A stretch of 55,941 bases of DNA from a virus (lineage: Duplodnaviria; Caudoviricetes). The DNA is taken from the IMG/VR virus record IMGVR_UViG_3300035704_000011, positions 1-55,941 of that record. One strand, given 5' to 3'. Shown one piece after another: positions 1 through 9,570 of this stretch. The number at the start of each line of letters is the position of its first letter. The first letter of the stretch is position 1. A model generated the notes under the pieces. That model made no database searches, was not told the origin of the DNA, and saw only the letters and a list, made by a program, of their open reading frames with translations. The translations under genes and the position numbers were made by a program.

Positions 1-127
1 ACCTATTACGCTCCGGCGGATCTGGTCGAGACCGTCAACACGATCGGCATGCGGCTCTATGCCAAGCAATACGAGATGCCGAACGGCAAGGGTGTGCACC
101 TCGATATGCAGATGAACGGCCTGGAGA
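1..127. repeat. 127-bp exact overlap with window end (55815-55941): circular contig
   Basis: acctattacg...ggcctggaga is identical at both ends and falls inside the capsid gene. Confidence 0.97.
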
Positions 128-183
128 TGTGCACCCGGCCCGGCGTCCTGGTCCGCGTTCACAAGGGTCCAGCAGGGCCCTGA
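1..183 (+). CDS. Major capsid protein, C-terminal part (continues from 54954 across the junction)
   Basis: Frame-1 reading TYYAPADLVETVNTIG...CTRPGVLVRVHKGPAGP* continues the ORF from 54954. Confidence 0.93.
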   Translation, partial: TYYAPADLVETVNTIGMRLYAKQYEMPNGKGVHLDMQMNGLEMCTRPGVLVRVHKGPAGP

Positions 184-186
184 GAA

Positions 187-360
187 ATGGCTTCGTTCTG
201 GCTTGGGTTCTGGCTTGCCAGCGCATCGCTGAACATCGTCGCTAACCTCTACTACGTAGGCCGCGGCGGCCGCCAGAAGAGCGCCATGGATTGCGCGCTG
301 GACGCCAGCATGAGCGCAGCCTTTGCGGCCTGGTTCTACTTCGGGTCCGGGATGTTCTAA
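187..360 (+). CDS. Small hydrophobic protein (57 aa)
   Basis: ATG 187 to TAA 360, MASFWLGFWLASASLNIVANLYY...AAWFYFGSGMF; fills the gap after the capsid gene. Confidence 0.5.
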   Translation: MASFWLGFWLASASLNIVANLYYVGRGGRQKSAMDCALDASMSAAFAAWFYFGSGMF

Positions 361-362
361 GG

Positions 363-719
363 GTGGACTACCAGGCGCTGCTCTACGACCCGATTTACAA
401 CGCGCTCGGCGTCGACGCGGTGCTGCACATGGGCATCGAGGCTGGCGACGTGCCATTGCGGGCGATCGACAAGACCGCCGGCATCATCATCAACCAGGCG
501 ATCGGTCTCGAGACGGTGTCGCCGGCGGCAACGGTGCGCGCGGCCGAGTTGGCCGCCGCCGGGGTTCCGCTTGCGGACATCTACAGCCGGACCCTGACGC
601 TGAACGGCAGGGACTGGACCGTGGCGAGCTGGCGGCGCAAGCCCAGCCCCAACGGCGCGGATGACGGCGAGGTCTATCTGATACTCGACGGCGATATCGG
701 CGACGGCGACCCCGGATGA
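363..719 (+). CDS. Head-tail joining protein (lambda gpFII-like)
   Basis: GTG start; beta-rich 118 aa; position after capsid gene. Confidence 0.65.
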   Translation: MDYQALLYDPIYNALGVDAVLHMGIEAGDVPLRAIDKTAGIIINQAIGLETVSPAATVRAAELAAAGVPLADIYSRTLTLNGRDWTVASWRRKPSPNGADDGEVYLILDGDIGDGDPG

Positions 720-1165
720 GCCTCGATCGGCGAGAGCAGCTGCTGGCGCAGCTCGTCCAGATTGCCCTGAACATCGACGGCATCAGGACGGTCGAGCGCA
801 ACAAAGACCAGATCCCGGCGCAGCTGCGCCCGGCGATCGTCATCCTCGATGCGCACGAGGAGGGCATCGAGGGCCAGTTCGGGCTGGGGCGGCCATTGGC
901 TTCGCCCGGCATCATGCATCTCAACCCCGAGATCTATGTCATGTCAGGCGGCGCTTCGGCGACGCTCGGCAGCGACCTCAACGGGTTTCGGCTGCTGCTC
1001 CTGCCGGCGATCCTCTACGACCCGGTGCTGCTCCAGCTCTGCGGCACAAGCGGCGGCATCCAGTATACCGGTTGCATCACCGATCTGGCGCGCGGCGGCA
1101 CGATGGAGGGGCAGATGGCGCTGACATTTTCACTTCATTATCCGCTGCTGCAGGCCGACTTCTAG
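716..1165 (+). CDS. Tail terminator/completion protein (gpU-like)
   Basis: REQLLAQL N-terminus, about 150 aa, directly before tail tube gene. Confidence 0.6.
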   Translation: MSLDRREQLLAQLVQIALNIDGIRTVERNKDQIPAQLRPAIVILDAHEEGIEGQFGLGRPLASPGIMHLNPEIYVMSGGASATLGSDLNGFRLLLLPAILYDPVLLQLCGTSGGIQYTGCITDLARGGTMEGQMALTFSLHYPLLQADF

Positions 1166-1190
1166 GCCCCAACCGGGCCGCCAAATCCAG

Positions 1191-1214
1191 AACCCGCCCA
1201 TCGGCGGGTTTTTT
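1191..1214 (+). terminator. Intrinsic terminator-like hairpin
   Basis: AACCCGCC-cATC-GGCGGGTT followed by T-run. Confidence 0.7.
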
Positions 1215-1238
1215 ATTGTCCAAATTTAAGGGCGACCA

Positions 1239-1766
1239 ATGGCAATACTGACCCCAACAAACACGTCGCCAAACCCGGCGAATTATTACATCGGCCGCGG
1301 CATCGTCACTTGGACGCGCGATGGCGGCAGCGCGCGCGATCTCGGCAACTGCCCGTCGATGCAACTCAAGCCCGCAGTAAAAAACCTGGATCATTTCTCG
1401 TCGCGCAAGGGCCTCCATCTCAAGGACCGCTCCGTCATTACCGAGGCCAACATGACCCTGGTGATGCAGCTTGACGAGTGGACTGGCGACAATCTCGCGA
1501 TGGCGCTGATGGCCCTGGAGGGCGGCGGCACAATCCAGATTATGAGCCTGGCGGAGGTAACAGGCGGGATCAATTTCGTCGGCACCAACGAAGTCGGGGC
1601 ACCGGTCACGATGATCCTGCCGAGCGTAAGTTTTACGCCGACCGGAACGCTGGATTTCATCAGCGCGGACAAGTACGGCATCATTGAAGTGACTGGCGAC
1701 GTGCTGGCCGATCCGTTGACGGGCAGCTTTGGTACGCTCGACTGGAACACAGCGATCCCGGCATGA
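1239..1766 (+). CDS. Major tail tube protein
   Basis: NYYIGRG, RDLGNCP, HFSSRKG motifs typical of siphophage tail tubes; synteny. Confidence 0.85.
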   Translation: MAILTPTNTSPNPANYYIGRGIVTWTRDGGSARDLGNCPSMQLKPAVKNLDHFSSRKGLHLKDRSVITEANMTLVMQLDEWTGDNLAMALMALEGGGTIQIMSLAEVTGGINFVGTNEVGAPVTMILPSVSFTPTGTLDFISADKYGIIEVTGDVLADPLTGSFGTLDWNTAIPA

Positions 1767-2182
1767 CCGGACTGCTCGATATCGCACCGCAGCGCGCCGG
1801 CGTCGAGGTGCTGGGCCACACGCTCGAGGTCGAGGGCGTCACGGTGCGCGGCATCGCCGATCTGCTGCGCCGCTTCCCCGAACTGCTCAAGCTGTTTGGC
1901 GGCGGCGAAAGCCCGGCGGGTGCCATCGTGGCTGCAGCTCCCGATCTCGTCGCTGCGGTCATCGCTTGCGGCCTCGGTCATATGGGCGACGAAGAGCAAG
2001 AGGCCGCCGCCGCCCGGCTGCCGGCTGAAGCGCAGGCGGAGCTCGTCGGCGCGATCCTGAAGCTCACGATGCCGAGCGGCGTCGGCCCTTTCGTCACAAA
2101 GCTGGCCGCGGCGTTCGGCGCGGTCACCGGCCAGCAGGGCACCCAGGCGATGGCCCAGACGAGCAGATCGCCGGCGCCGTAG
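1763..2182 (+). CDS. Tail assembly chaperone (gpG-like)
   Basis: Follows tail tube gene; contains slippery heptamer C CCT TTC at 2086-2092. Confidence 0.8.
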   Translation: MTGLLDIAPQRAGVEVLGHTLEVEGVTVRGIADLLRRFPELLKLFGGGESPAGAIVAAAPDLVAAVIACGLGHMGDEEQEAAAARLPAEAQAELVGAILKLTMPSGVGPFVTKLAAAFGAVTGQQGTQAMAQTSRSPAP

Positions 2183-2373
2183 AAGAACTCATCGCCTCCG
2201 GCCACAGAAGCGCCGAGGTGTGGGCGATGACGCCGCGCGAGCTCGCCGGCTGGCTCGGGCTGGCGCGCGACCGGCGCCGCACTCAGCTGGCCGAGCTGCT
2301 CGCCGTCGCTGCGCTGGGCGCGCAGGGCAAGGGCGAGGACATCAAGCGGCAAATCAAGGAATGGGCCGAGTAG
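2092..2373 (+). CDS. Tail assembly chaperone gpT-like segment reached by -1 frameshift
   Basis: -1 frame is open from the slippery site to TAG 2371-2373 and encodes ...ELIASGHRSAEVWAMTPRELAGWL... Confidence 0.7.
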   Translation, partial: RHKAGRGVRRGHRPAGHPGDGPDEQIAGAVEELIASGHRSAEVWAMTPRELAGWLGLARDRRRTQLAELLAVAALGAQGKGEDIKRQIKEWAE

Positions 2374-2526
2374 AGGGTTTCACCCCGTCCTCCCCGGCAC
2401 TCAGCCCCCACGCCCAGTGGAAAGCCAGCCGACCCGAAGCCTTTTTTTGGCGATTTTCACTTTAAGAAAGCAGCGACTTTGTCAAGGTGAAAATCGCCCT
2501 TTTTTTCTTAACAGGAGTTTTTTGCA

Positions 2527-2910
2527 ATGGCCGTTACTCATTCGTGGCAGACCAGCGTTAAGCCGTCAGGCCTGCCGTCCATGCCAACGGACGCGGCGGT
2601 GGTAATAACCGGAGATTTTTCCGTCGACGTCGAGGAGACGGTCGCCGCCGGGGCGAGCAAGATCGTCTACACCGGCACGATCGATCACACGAAGACGGTT
2701 TCTTTCGTGCTGCACAGCGCGCAGTCGAACGTCACCGTTACGACCGGCAGTCAGACAGTTCCCCTTGGCACCGCCAAGGCGGAGGGCTGGAACTCCTCGA
2801 TGACGAGCGTCGCAAACCCTCTCTCCGGGGACATTACGACACTGACCGTCGATAACACCGCCGGCACCAAGGACACGCTGTTCCGCGCCTCCTTCCTCCA
2901 GCTGGCGTAA
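2527..2910 (+). CDS. Putative virion accessory protein (beta-rich), paralogue 1
   Basis: AGGAG RBS; Ser/Thr/Val-rich; resembles the next ORF. Confidence 0.6.
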   Translation: MAVTHSWQTSVKPSGLPSMPTDAAVVITGDFSVDVEETVAAGASKIVYTGTIDHTKTVSFVLHSAQSNVTVTTGSQTVPLGTAKAEGWNSSMTSVANPLSGDITTLTVDNTAGTKDTLFRASFLQLA

Positions 2911-2942
2911 GCCCCCGCGCAACTGAAAGGGCTTTATTGAAA

Positions 2943-3332
2943 ATGGCCAATTTCACGCATTCCGTCGGAATTACCTACCGCAATGACGCCGGCACCGTCG
3001 CCGCCACGACCCAAAACTATAACGGCGACGGCGAGACTAATTTCAACGAGACCATCGCCGCCTCTGCAAGCAACGCAGAATATGACTGGACCCTGCAAAA
3101 AGACGATGCCGTCACGCTCGCGATCTTCGCCAGCGGAGCGATGACGCTAAAGAGTAACAGCAGCGGCTCGCCGGATGACACGATCACCCTGGCGGCTGGT
3201 CAGCTGCTCGTCTGGACATCGGATAGCGGGATGACGAACCCGTTCAGCAACGGCGACGTGACGAAAATCTATGTCACCAGCACCGCCGGCGGATTGCTGA
3301 AAATCCGTTCGCTGCTCAACGTCGCCCCGTAA
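2943..3332 (+). CDS. Putative virion accessory protein (beta-rich), paralogue 2
   Basis: MANFTHS...NETIAASAS parallels MAVTHS...EETVAAGAS of the previous ORF. Confidence 0.6.
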   Translation: MANFTHSVGITYRNDAGTVAATTQNYNGDGETNFNETIAASASNAEYDWTLQKDDAVTLAIFASGAMTLKSNSSGSPDDTITLAAGQLLVWTSDSGMTNPFSNGDVTKIYVTSTAGGLLKIRSLLNVAP

Positions 3333-3353
3333 GCACTTTAGACCGGTTCCCCG

Positions 3354-3989
3354 ATGGCCCTGCAGCTCGTCTTCAGCGCCGTCAAGGGTGAGTTCGACCA
3401 GGCGCTGCGCGCGATCTATCAGCCGATCGCCGCAGCCGCCACGGGCGCGATCAAGGATGCTGCGGCGCAGGTCAAGACCGAGGGGCGCGCCGCAATCGCC
3501 AACGGCGGTTTCGGCCGAAACTTCCAGAACGCGCTGCAGGTCAACGTGTATCCGAAGACCGGCACCTCGGCCAATGCGGCGGCGCTCGCCTTTCACAAAA
3601 TCCCCTATGCCGGCGTCTTCCAGACGGGCGCCGACATCAGCGGCAAGCCACTGCTCTGGGTCCCGGTGAGCGACTCGCCGGCGCGGGCCTCCGGCCAGTG
3701 GCTGACGCCTAAGACCTTCCCGCAGCTGATCGGCCCGCTGGTGGCGATCAAAAGCAAGAAGGGCCTGCCGATCCTCGCCTCGCCGATTTCTTCCGGGCGA
3801 GCGAGCTCCCGGGTCACCGTGGCGCGACTGCGCAAGGGGCAGCGCGGGCAGGGCACGCGGATTACGCTGCAGCCGATCTTTATCGGCCTCTCGCAGGTGC
3901 GGCTGACGCAGCGTTTCGATCTGCTGGCGGTGTTCCGGAAGGCCCAAGCCCAGCTCGGCCAGTTCTACCTCAACAATCTCAAGACGTAG
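3354..3989 (+). CDS. Basic neck/tail-completion protein (DUF6441/HK97 gp10-like)
   Basis: Basic 211-aa protein with F.TGA.I.GKP.LWVP motif in the tail module. Confidence 0.55.
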   Translation: MALQLVFSAVKGEFDQALRAIYQPIAAAATGAIKDAAAQVKTEGRAAIANGGFGRNFQNALQVNVYPKTGTSANAAALAFHKIPYAGVFQTGADISGKPLLWVPVSDSPARASGQWLTPKTFPQLIGPLVAIKSKKGLPILASPISSGRASSRVTVARLRKGQRGQGTRITLQPIFIGLSQVRLTQRFDLLAVFRKAQAQLGQFYLNNLKT

Positions 3990-3999
3990 CCGGGTAAAA

Positions 4000-6852
4000 A
4001 TGGCCGATTCGACGATCAGCACCCGGATTTCGCTAGAGGGCGCCGAGGACATCCAGAAGCAGCTCGCCGACCTCGGCACGGCCGGCGAGACCGCGTTCAA
4101 GCAGATCGCGGACGCCACGAACGCGACAGGCGGCAGCGCGGCGCTGTCGGGGCTGTCGAACATCGCGGCGACGCTGCGAAATGCCTTCGGGTCCGCCAGC
4201 GAGGCTCTAGCACCGCTGCGAACTGCCTTCGGCGAGCTCGGCGAGGCCATCCTCGGCGTCGGCGAGCACCTCAAATCGGTCGCCGAAGTGTTCGGCATCG
4301 GCCTCGTCGCCGGGCTTGCGGGCGGCGTCGCTGGCATCTTTGAGCTAATCAAGGCCGCGGCCGAGAGCAGTCACCAGCTAGAGATCCAGGCGGGCGCGCT
4401 CGGCCTGTCGGTCGAGCAGCTGCAGGTTTACCGTGCAGCGGCGGCTGCGGTCGGCGTCGACGCAGACAAGCTGTTCACGAGCCTGGCTCGGCTGGCGCAG
4501 AATGTCGGCAAGGAGCACGAAAATCTAAATCAGTCCGCTCTGAAGGTGCTGGAGTCGCTGCCTGCGGCAGCAACTTCGACCGGCGTCGCCGTTGTCCAGG
4601 GCATCAAGCCGGCCGGCGACGCGATCAAGTCGAACATCATCGACAACATCCAGCAGACCGCACCCCAGGTGCAGCAAACGCTGGATGTGCTGACGCGTTC
4701 TGCCTCCGATCTGGGTGCCAAGCTGCCAGCCTCTGCGGTCGAGGCGTTTCGTAAGAACATCCAGGATCTCGCTGTCGCCAATACAGACGCGGGGGCGAAG
4801 TTCCGAGAGGCAGTGGCGGCGCTCGGGATTATGTTCCCGCCGTTGACCTTCGGCGAGCAATTCAAGGACGCCGCCGAGAAGGCGAAGTCCCCGCTCCTGG
4901 CGCTTGGCGTCACACTCAAGGATTTGCAAGACGCCGACGGGAACCTCGACCCGGTTATCCGCAAGCTGATAACCGGCTTTGGTAACATCACAGACCCGGC
5001 CGACAAGGCGCAGCTCGGCCTGGCTGTGCTCGGCAGAGGCTGGAAGGACCTAATCAAGCTCTTCGACGGCGGCGTCGGGAGCATCGACGCGGTCAAAAAG
5101 GCACTGGAAGAACAGGGCCTCGTTCTCAACGACGCCGACGTCAAGACGGGCGCCGAGGCTGCGGTCGCGCTGACCAAGCTGGAAGGCGCGGCAAAAAAGC
5201 TGCGCGACCAGCTCGGGGTCATCTTCGCGCCAGCCAGCACCGAAGCAGCCAGTGCCTTTAAGGATCTGATTACTCAGAACGCCGATGCCCTTAAGGACTT
5301 GGCCAAGGCGATCGCGACCGAGGTGCTGCCCGGCATCGGCAACCTGATCAAGCAGTTTGGTCTTGCCGGCGACGCAGCGAAGAAGGAGAAGCCGCCGGAA
5401 CTCCCGATCGTTGCGCAGGGCAGAGCGCCGACGGTCGGCGCGGGAGGGAAGTTCCATGGCGGCGAGCTCGTTACGGCGCCCGCGCCGCACGCTGCGCCCG
5501 AAACGCCGGCCCCGGTGTCCCAAGCTCCGGAGGATTTGGGGCTGCCGCCAATCGACACCTCACGCATCCAGGATGCGCAGCTAAAGCTGGATGGATTCAA
5601 AACTACGCTGACGGCGATCAAGGATGACATCGTCATCGCCTTCACAGTGATCAAGACCGTTTTAGACGGCATCGCCAGTGCCACTAACTCGTTGTTCGGA
5701 ACCATGATCACGGGCGCCGCCCTCGCGATAGGGCTGGCCATCGGAAGACTGTCCGGCGTCTTTGGGCTGCTGCTGCCGCTACTCCGTGCCGTGGCCGTCT
5801 CTATCGCCTTCCTGGCGACGCCGCTCGGCCTCGGTGTCGCGTTCTTTGTTCTCCTCGCGGCGACGATCGTTCAATTTTGGCCGCAGATATCCGGCGCTGC
5901 AAAAGTCGCCTTCGACTACATCAAGTCGGCAGCCGCGATCGTTGCGGCAGCCTTATCGACTGCTTTCCGCGCATCCATCGCTTTCGTTGTAAATCTATGG
6001 AACGGGCTTTTTGAGAAGGCCACGCAAATTTTCGGCGCAATTTCTGGCGCCATTCAACAAGCTGGCGCAGGCATTGCGCAGTTTATTGCCCCGGCCGTGA
6101 TGGTGTTCTCCGCCATTCAAAAAGGTGTCGCGGGCATTGCGCAGTTTATTGCCCCGGCCGTGATGGTGTTCTCCGATTTGGTAAATGCGATCGGCTTTGT
6201 CGAGCAGGCGTTTAACGGACTCGTCGACTGGGTCAAAGGCTCGGCGCTCGCGATCCTCGGCTTTCTGCAACCGGTCATCGATTTCGTTACGCAGCTCGCC
6301 AATAAGATCGCCGGGCTGTTCTCCTCGGCGGCTTCCGCCGGATCGGCGGGCGGTGGCGACGGCGGCGGCGCGCCAAGCGATGGCAGCGGGCTCGGCCTGG
6401 GCAGCGGCGACTTTAACAGCGGCGCTGGTCAGTTTGCCAGCGGTGGTCCGGTTAGCGGGCCGAGCGGCACCGACACGGTCCCGGCCTGGCTGACCGCGGG
6501 CGAATTCGTGATCCGCGCCGGCGCGGTGCAGCATTATGGCGGCGCGCTCTTTGCCGCGCTGAACGGGATGCGGATGCCGTTCGATACGCTGCGGCATTTC
6601 TCGATGGGCGGGTTTGTCCAGGCGTTGGGCGCCGTGCGGCCGCCGCCCTTGCGCTTTGCCGATGGCGGCATGGTGCCGGCGCTCGCCGGCGGCGGCAGCA
6701 GCGGGCCGATGCAACACCTGACGCTCAATCTCAATGGGCACAGCTTTGGGCTCTCCGTAAGCCCTGGGGAGGTTTTCGACAAGCTGTCGCGCCACGCGCG
6801 CGCGAGCTCCATCCGCAGCGCCGGGCGCAAGCCCGGATGGTTCGGCGGCTGA
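4000..6852 (+). CDS. Tape measure protein
   Basis: 950 aa, Ala/Gly-rich, helical, hydrophobic segment; C-terminal FASGGPVSGPSGTDTVPAWLTAGEFVI motif. Confidence 0.92.
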   Translation: MADSTISTRISLEGAEDIQKQLADLGTAGETAFKQIADATNATGGSAALSGLSNIAATLRNAFGSASEALAPLRTAFGELGEAILGVGEHLKSVAEVFGIGLVAGLAGGVAGIFELIKAAAESSHQLEIQAGALGLSVEQLQVYRAAAAAVGVDADKLFTSLARLAQNVGKEHENLNQSALKVLESLPAAATSTGVAVVQGIKPAGDAIKSNIIDNIQQTAPQVQQTLDVLTRSASDLGAKLPASAVEAFRKNIQDLAVANTDAGAKFREAVAALGIMFPPLTFGEQFKDAAEKAKSPLLALGVTLKDLQDADGNLDPVIRKLITGFGNITDPADKAQLGLAVLGRGWKDLIKLFDGGVGSIDAVKKALEEQGLVLNDADVKTGAEAAVALTKLEGAAKKLRDQLGVIFAPASTEAASAFKDLITQNADALKDLAKAIATEVLPGIGNLIKQFGLAGDAAKKEKPPELPIVAQGRAPTVGAGGKFHGGELVTAPAPHAAPETPAPVSQAPEDLGLPPIDTSRIQDAQLKLDGFKTTLTAIKDDIVIAFTVIKTVLDGIASATNSLFGTMITGAALAIGLAIGRLSGVFGLLLPLLRAVAVSIAFLATPLGLGVAFFVLLAATIVQFWPQISGAAKVAFDYIKSAAAIVAAALSTAFRASIAFVVNLWNGLFEKATQIFGAISGAIQQAGAGIAQFIAPAVMVFSAIQKGVAGIAQFIAPAVMVFSDLVNAIGFVEQAFNGLVDWVKGSALAILGFLQPVIDFVTQLANKIAGLFSSAASAGSAGGGDGGGAPSDGSGLGLGSGDFNSGAGQFASGGPVSGPSGTDTVPAWLTAGEFVIRAGAVQHYGGALFAALNGMRMPFDTLRHFSMGGFVQALGAVRPPPLRFADGGMVPALAGGGSSGPMQHLTLNLNGHSFGLSVSPGEVFDKLSRHARASSIRSAGRKPGWFGG
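6070..6175 (+). repeat. 43-bp exact direct repeat (63-bp period) within tape measure gene
   Basis: ggcattgcgcagtttattgccccggccgtgatggtgttctccg at 6070-6112 and 6133-6175. Confidence 0.9.
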
Positions 6853-7121
6853 TGGCTAAGCCGATAAGGATTAACCGCCTCATTTCAGTTTGGCCGAGCG
6901 AAATCGTATCGCTGGAAAAGGTCTTTCTCGGCGACCCTGACGGATGGCTTAATGTCCGCGTCAGGGGCGGCAACCTTTACCAGACCGAGTTGGTCCATAA
7001 GGTCGACCCGGAATGCCCGATAGACCCGGCTGAACTGTGCGCCCGCCTGGAGACCATAACCGGCATAACGGCCATTAATATTGGGCTCCATTGGGCGCCC
7101 GGTTCGTTGAGCGACCACTGA
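6852..7121 (+). CDS. Hypothetical protein
   Basis: ATG overlaps tape measure stop; lower GC3. Confidence 0.5.
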   Translation: MAKPIRINRLISVWPSEIVSLEKVFLGDPDGWLNVRVRGGNLYQTELVHKVDPECPIDPAELCARLETITGITAINIGLHWAPGSLSDH

Positions 7122-7124
7122 GCC

Positions 7125-7886
7125 ATGCCTGTACTACCGCCCGGCGCATCGACGGTGCTGGCGATGACCGGCATCGGCATCCCCGCCTATTCGGCGCGCG
7201 GCCTCCACCAAACACTGCAGCCGATCGACGCCGCAGTGATGACCCGGCGCACCGTCAATGGTGCGCTCCTCAATCTCGCGCCGCCGCAATTCGCGAAATA
7301 CAAATCGACGATCACCGGCGCCGATCAGGACCCTCCGGGGCTCGACGGCATCTTTCCGGGGCTGGCGGTGACCGTGGATTGCATCGCCGAGCTTAGCATC
7401 AGCGGTGCGGCGCAGCGACCCGAGGTGCCGGGCTCGATCCGCGTCAATGACAACGATACGTTCTATCGGCCGCGTCTGGAGATGATGGTTACCGGATTTT
7501 CGATCGATACCGACGAATGGGGCGCTCAGGTCGGCTGGACCCTCGACCTCGAGGAGGCGCCCGGATCGTTTCCGGGTTCCGTGGTGGTGCAACCCCCTGC
7601 GCTGCTGCCGCCGCCACCGGCATTGACGGTGACGACCAGCCTCACGGTGACCGCGGTGCCGTTTGCGAGCCCCGCGCCTCTCGGGACTACGGTCGCGACC
7701 GTCTCGGCTGTCAACAGCGACGGCTCGGTGTTCGCCGGCATGGTCTTTTTCGCGGCGCCGCTCTTTGATGCCGGCGGGGTCTTTGCGCTGCAGGGACACA
7801 GCGTCGTCATCAACCCGCTCGGCCCCGGCATCGGGAGCCTCTCCGGCCCGGTCACCAATTTATTTACCTTGGGCGCGACGCCATGA
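7125..7886 (+). CDS. Distal tail (Dit-like) protein with C-terminal cadherin/Ig-like domain
   Basis: RRTVNGAL motif after tape measure gene; Pro linker then beta-sandwich. Confidence 0.7.
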   Translation: MPVLPPGASTVLAMTGIGIPAYSARGLHQTLQPIDAAVMTRRTVNGALLNLAPPQFAKYKSTITGADQDPPGLDGIFPGLAVTVDCIAELSISGAAQRPEVPGSIRVNDNDTFYRPRLEMMVTGFSIDTDEWGAQVGWTLDLEEAPGSFPGSVVVQPPALLPPPPALTVTTSLTVTAVPFASPAPLGTTVATVSAVNSDGSVFAGMVFFAAPLFDAGGVFALQGHSVVINPLGPGIGSLSGPVTNLFTLGATP

Positions 7887-7917
7887 TGGGCCGGAAAAGG
7901 ATTGCTTGCTCAGATTT

Positions 7918-8178
7918 TTACTTGAGAAACTCGATCTCGTCCGCGATCAAGGGGATGGTTTGACCCGGCTCATCCGATTGCCGACCATCCATCAAATCAG
8001 CCATCGCGCGGAGCTCCTCAGCCGAGAAGTCGCCGTGCAAACTTATATACTTCTCGCCCTCAACCCAGGTGACCTGCCGCTCCTCAACCCAGCAGCCCTC
8101 CCGCTCTCCAGTCTTCGCTTCCGCGATATATAGCGAGCTGCCAAGGCGTTTCAGAAAACTTGGGATGGGTCCGGTCAT
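7918..8178 (-). CDS. Hypothetical protein (antisense moron)
   Basis: 86-aa ORF with GAGGGA RBS, opposite to tail operon. Confidence 0.55.
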   Translation of the reverse strand: MTGPIPSFLKRLGSSLYIAEAKTGEREGCWVEERQVTWVEGEKYISLHGDFSAEELRAMADLMDGRQSDEPGQTIPLIADEIEFLK

Positions 8179-8204
8179 TAATTTGTTCCCTCTCGTTTGA
8201 CGGT

Positions 8205-8429
8205 TTATCGACGAACGAGGCCACAGAGCGCAGCAATAATTTTTTGCTTCGCCCTGCCTTCTGCCAACGGCGTTCCGCGCTGCTCTCGATAGGCGTCAAC
8301 CGCCTCCGCCAACTCGCCGGCGAGATCGTAATCACCATCGACTCTGGCACGGCCAGAATCGGTGATTTCCCACTCTAAGCTGTCGGCGTAATTCAAAGCG
8401 GCTTCGATCAAACGTTGCGTCGGGTTCAC
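8205..8429 (-). CDS. Hypothetical protein (antisense moron)
   Basis: GTG start with GGAGAAG RBS; NPTQRLIEAALNYADSLEW... Confidence 0.5.
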   Translation of the reverse strand: MNPTQRLIEAALNYADSLEWEITDSGRARVDGDYDLAGELAEAVDAYREQRGTPLAEGRAKQKIIAALCGLVRR

Positions 8430-8466
8430 GTAGGCTTCTCCGCTTACCGATAAAAAGGCTTCCGCC

Positions 8467-9558
8467 ATGTCAGTCGTAATGCAGGCGCCGGCAGCGGTGC
8501 TGCCTGGGCAAACCTTCAAGCTTCCCGTGCCCCCGTTCAATTCCTTCGCCGTGGACGACCAGGGCTTTGTCACGGTCAGTGCCGGCGTCGACCAGATGGT
8601 GCTCGGGTTGGTGGGCTTCGTAAAGGTGGAAGGGCGCAACAACCTTAGCGCTACCACCGACCCGACGACGATGGATGACTCGACGGTCGATTACCTCCCC
8701 GGGTCGCAATGGATCAATGGGTCGGCAACCAATGACTCGGGATCGGCGCCGCGGGCGTGGCTTTGTGTCTCCTCGGCGCCAAGTGCGGCGGTGTGGATCC
8801 AGACCTCGGTCGGCAGCGACGTGGCAGGCTCGGCGGAATTCGGCAATCTCACGATCGACGGTCTGATCAACGGGTCGTGCACCCAGGTCACCGCGTTCTC
8901 AGGCGGCGGTCAATCCGGCGCGACGCAGCTGACGACGCTCATCAACAATATAACCACCGCAACTTCGTCGAGTTCGCCCTACGACAGCTATAAATTGCCC
9001 GCGACCGGCACCGGCGGTGGGCGCTGGGTGTGGGTACTCAATTCGGCGGCAAACCCGGCCCAGGCGTTCGGCCTGAGTGCGGCGACGATAAATGCTTTCG
9101 GTTCGACCATAGGCTTTACTCACCCCCCCGGTTCGCTCGTGCTCTTCGTCGCCCGCGACACCGACAAGTGGAGCGCCTTTAATTTCGACAAGGGCTTTAC
9201 GGTCCCTTATGTCTATAACACGAATAGCGCCACCGCCGGAACGACGCTGACCGGTGCCGACATTTCGGGCGCGATCAATGAGGTCGCGCTGGCGATGACA
9301 GGCACGATGTCAGGCGACGCCAATTGGCAGCTGCCTACGGTGGCAAACTTGGTTGCGGCTATTCCGAACCCGGTCGCCGGCTGGGCCTACAAATTGGCCA
9401 TCGTCAATAAAAGCTCGGCAAACCACACCGGAACGATCACCACAAATACCGGCTGGGACGTGCAGGGCACGATGACGATCGCGCAGGGTGCGACGCGCAG
9501 CTTCCATGTGAAATTGACGACCTTGAGCGCGGCCGTATTGCAATCGATCGACGCCTGA
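8467..9558 (+). CDS. Virion structural/fibre protein
   Basis: TTDPTTMDDST..Y.PGSQWIN..W.C...A.W motif of fibre proteins; Ser/Thr/Gly-rich. Confidence 0.7.
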   Translation: MSVVMQAPAAVLPGQTFKLPVPPFNSFAVDDQGFVTVSAGVDQMVLGLVGFVKVEGRNNLSATTDPTTMDDSTVDYLPGSQWINGSATNDSGSAPRAWLCVSSAPSAAVWIQTSVGSDVAGSAEFGNLTIDGLINGSCTQVTAFSGGGQSGATQLTTLINNITTATSSSSPYDSYKLPATGTGGGRWVWVLNSAANPAQAFGLSAATINAFGSTIGFTHPPGSLVLFVARDTDKWSAFNFDKGFTVPYVYNTNSATAGTTLTGADISGAINEVALAMTGTMSGDANWQLPTVANLVAAIPNPVAGWAYKLAIVNKSSANHTGTITTNTGWDVQGTMTIAQGATRSFHVKLTTLSAAVLQSIDA

Positions 9559-9570
9559 CCTCGAGGAAAT

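Noticed and set aside
2911-2933. Match to both spacers of unit 2 (gcccccgcg...gaaagggct)
   Set aside because: Imperfect, same strand, wrong order and spacing; explained by a local hairpin
3147-4352. Long antisense ORFs over structural genes (also 10496-11653, 18322-19359, 50917-52119)
   Set aside because: Typical high-GC shadow ORFs opposite well-supported genes, with no recognisable motifs
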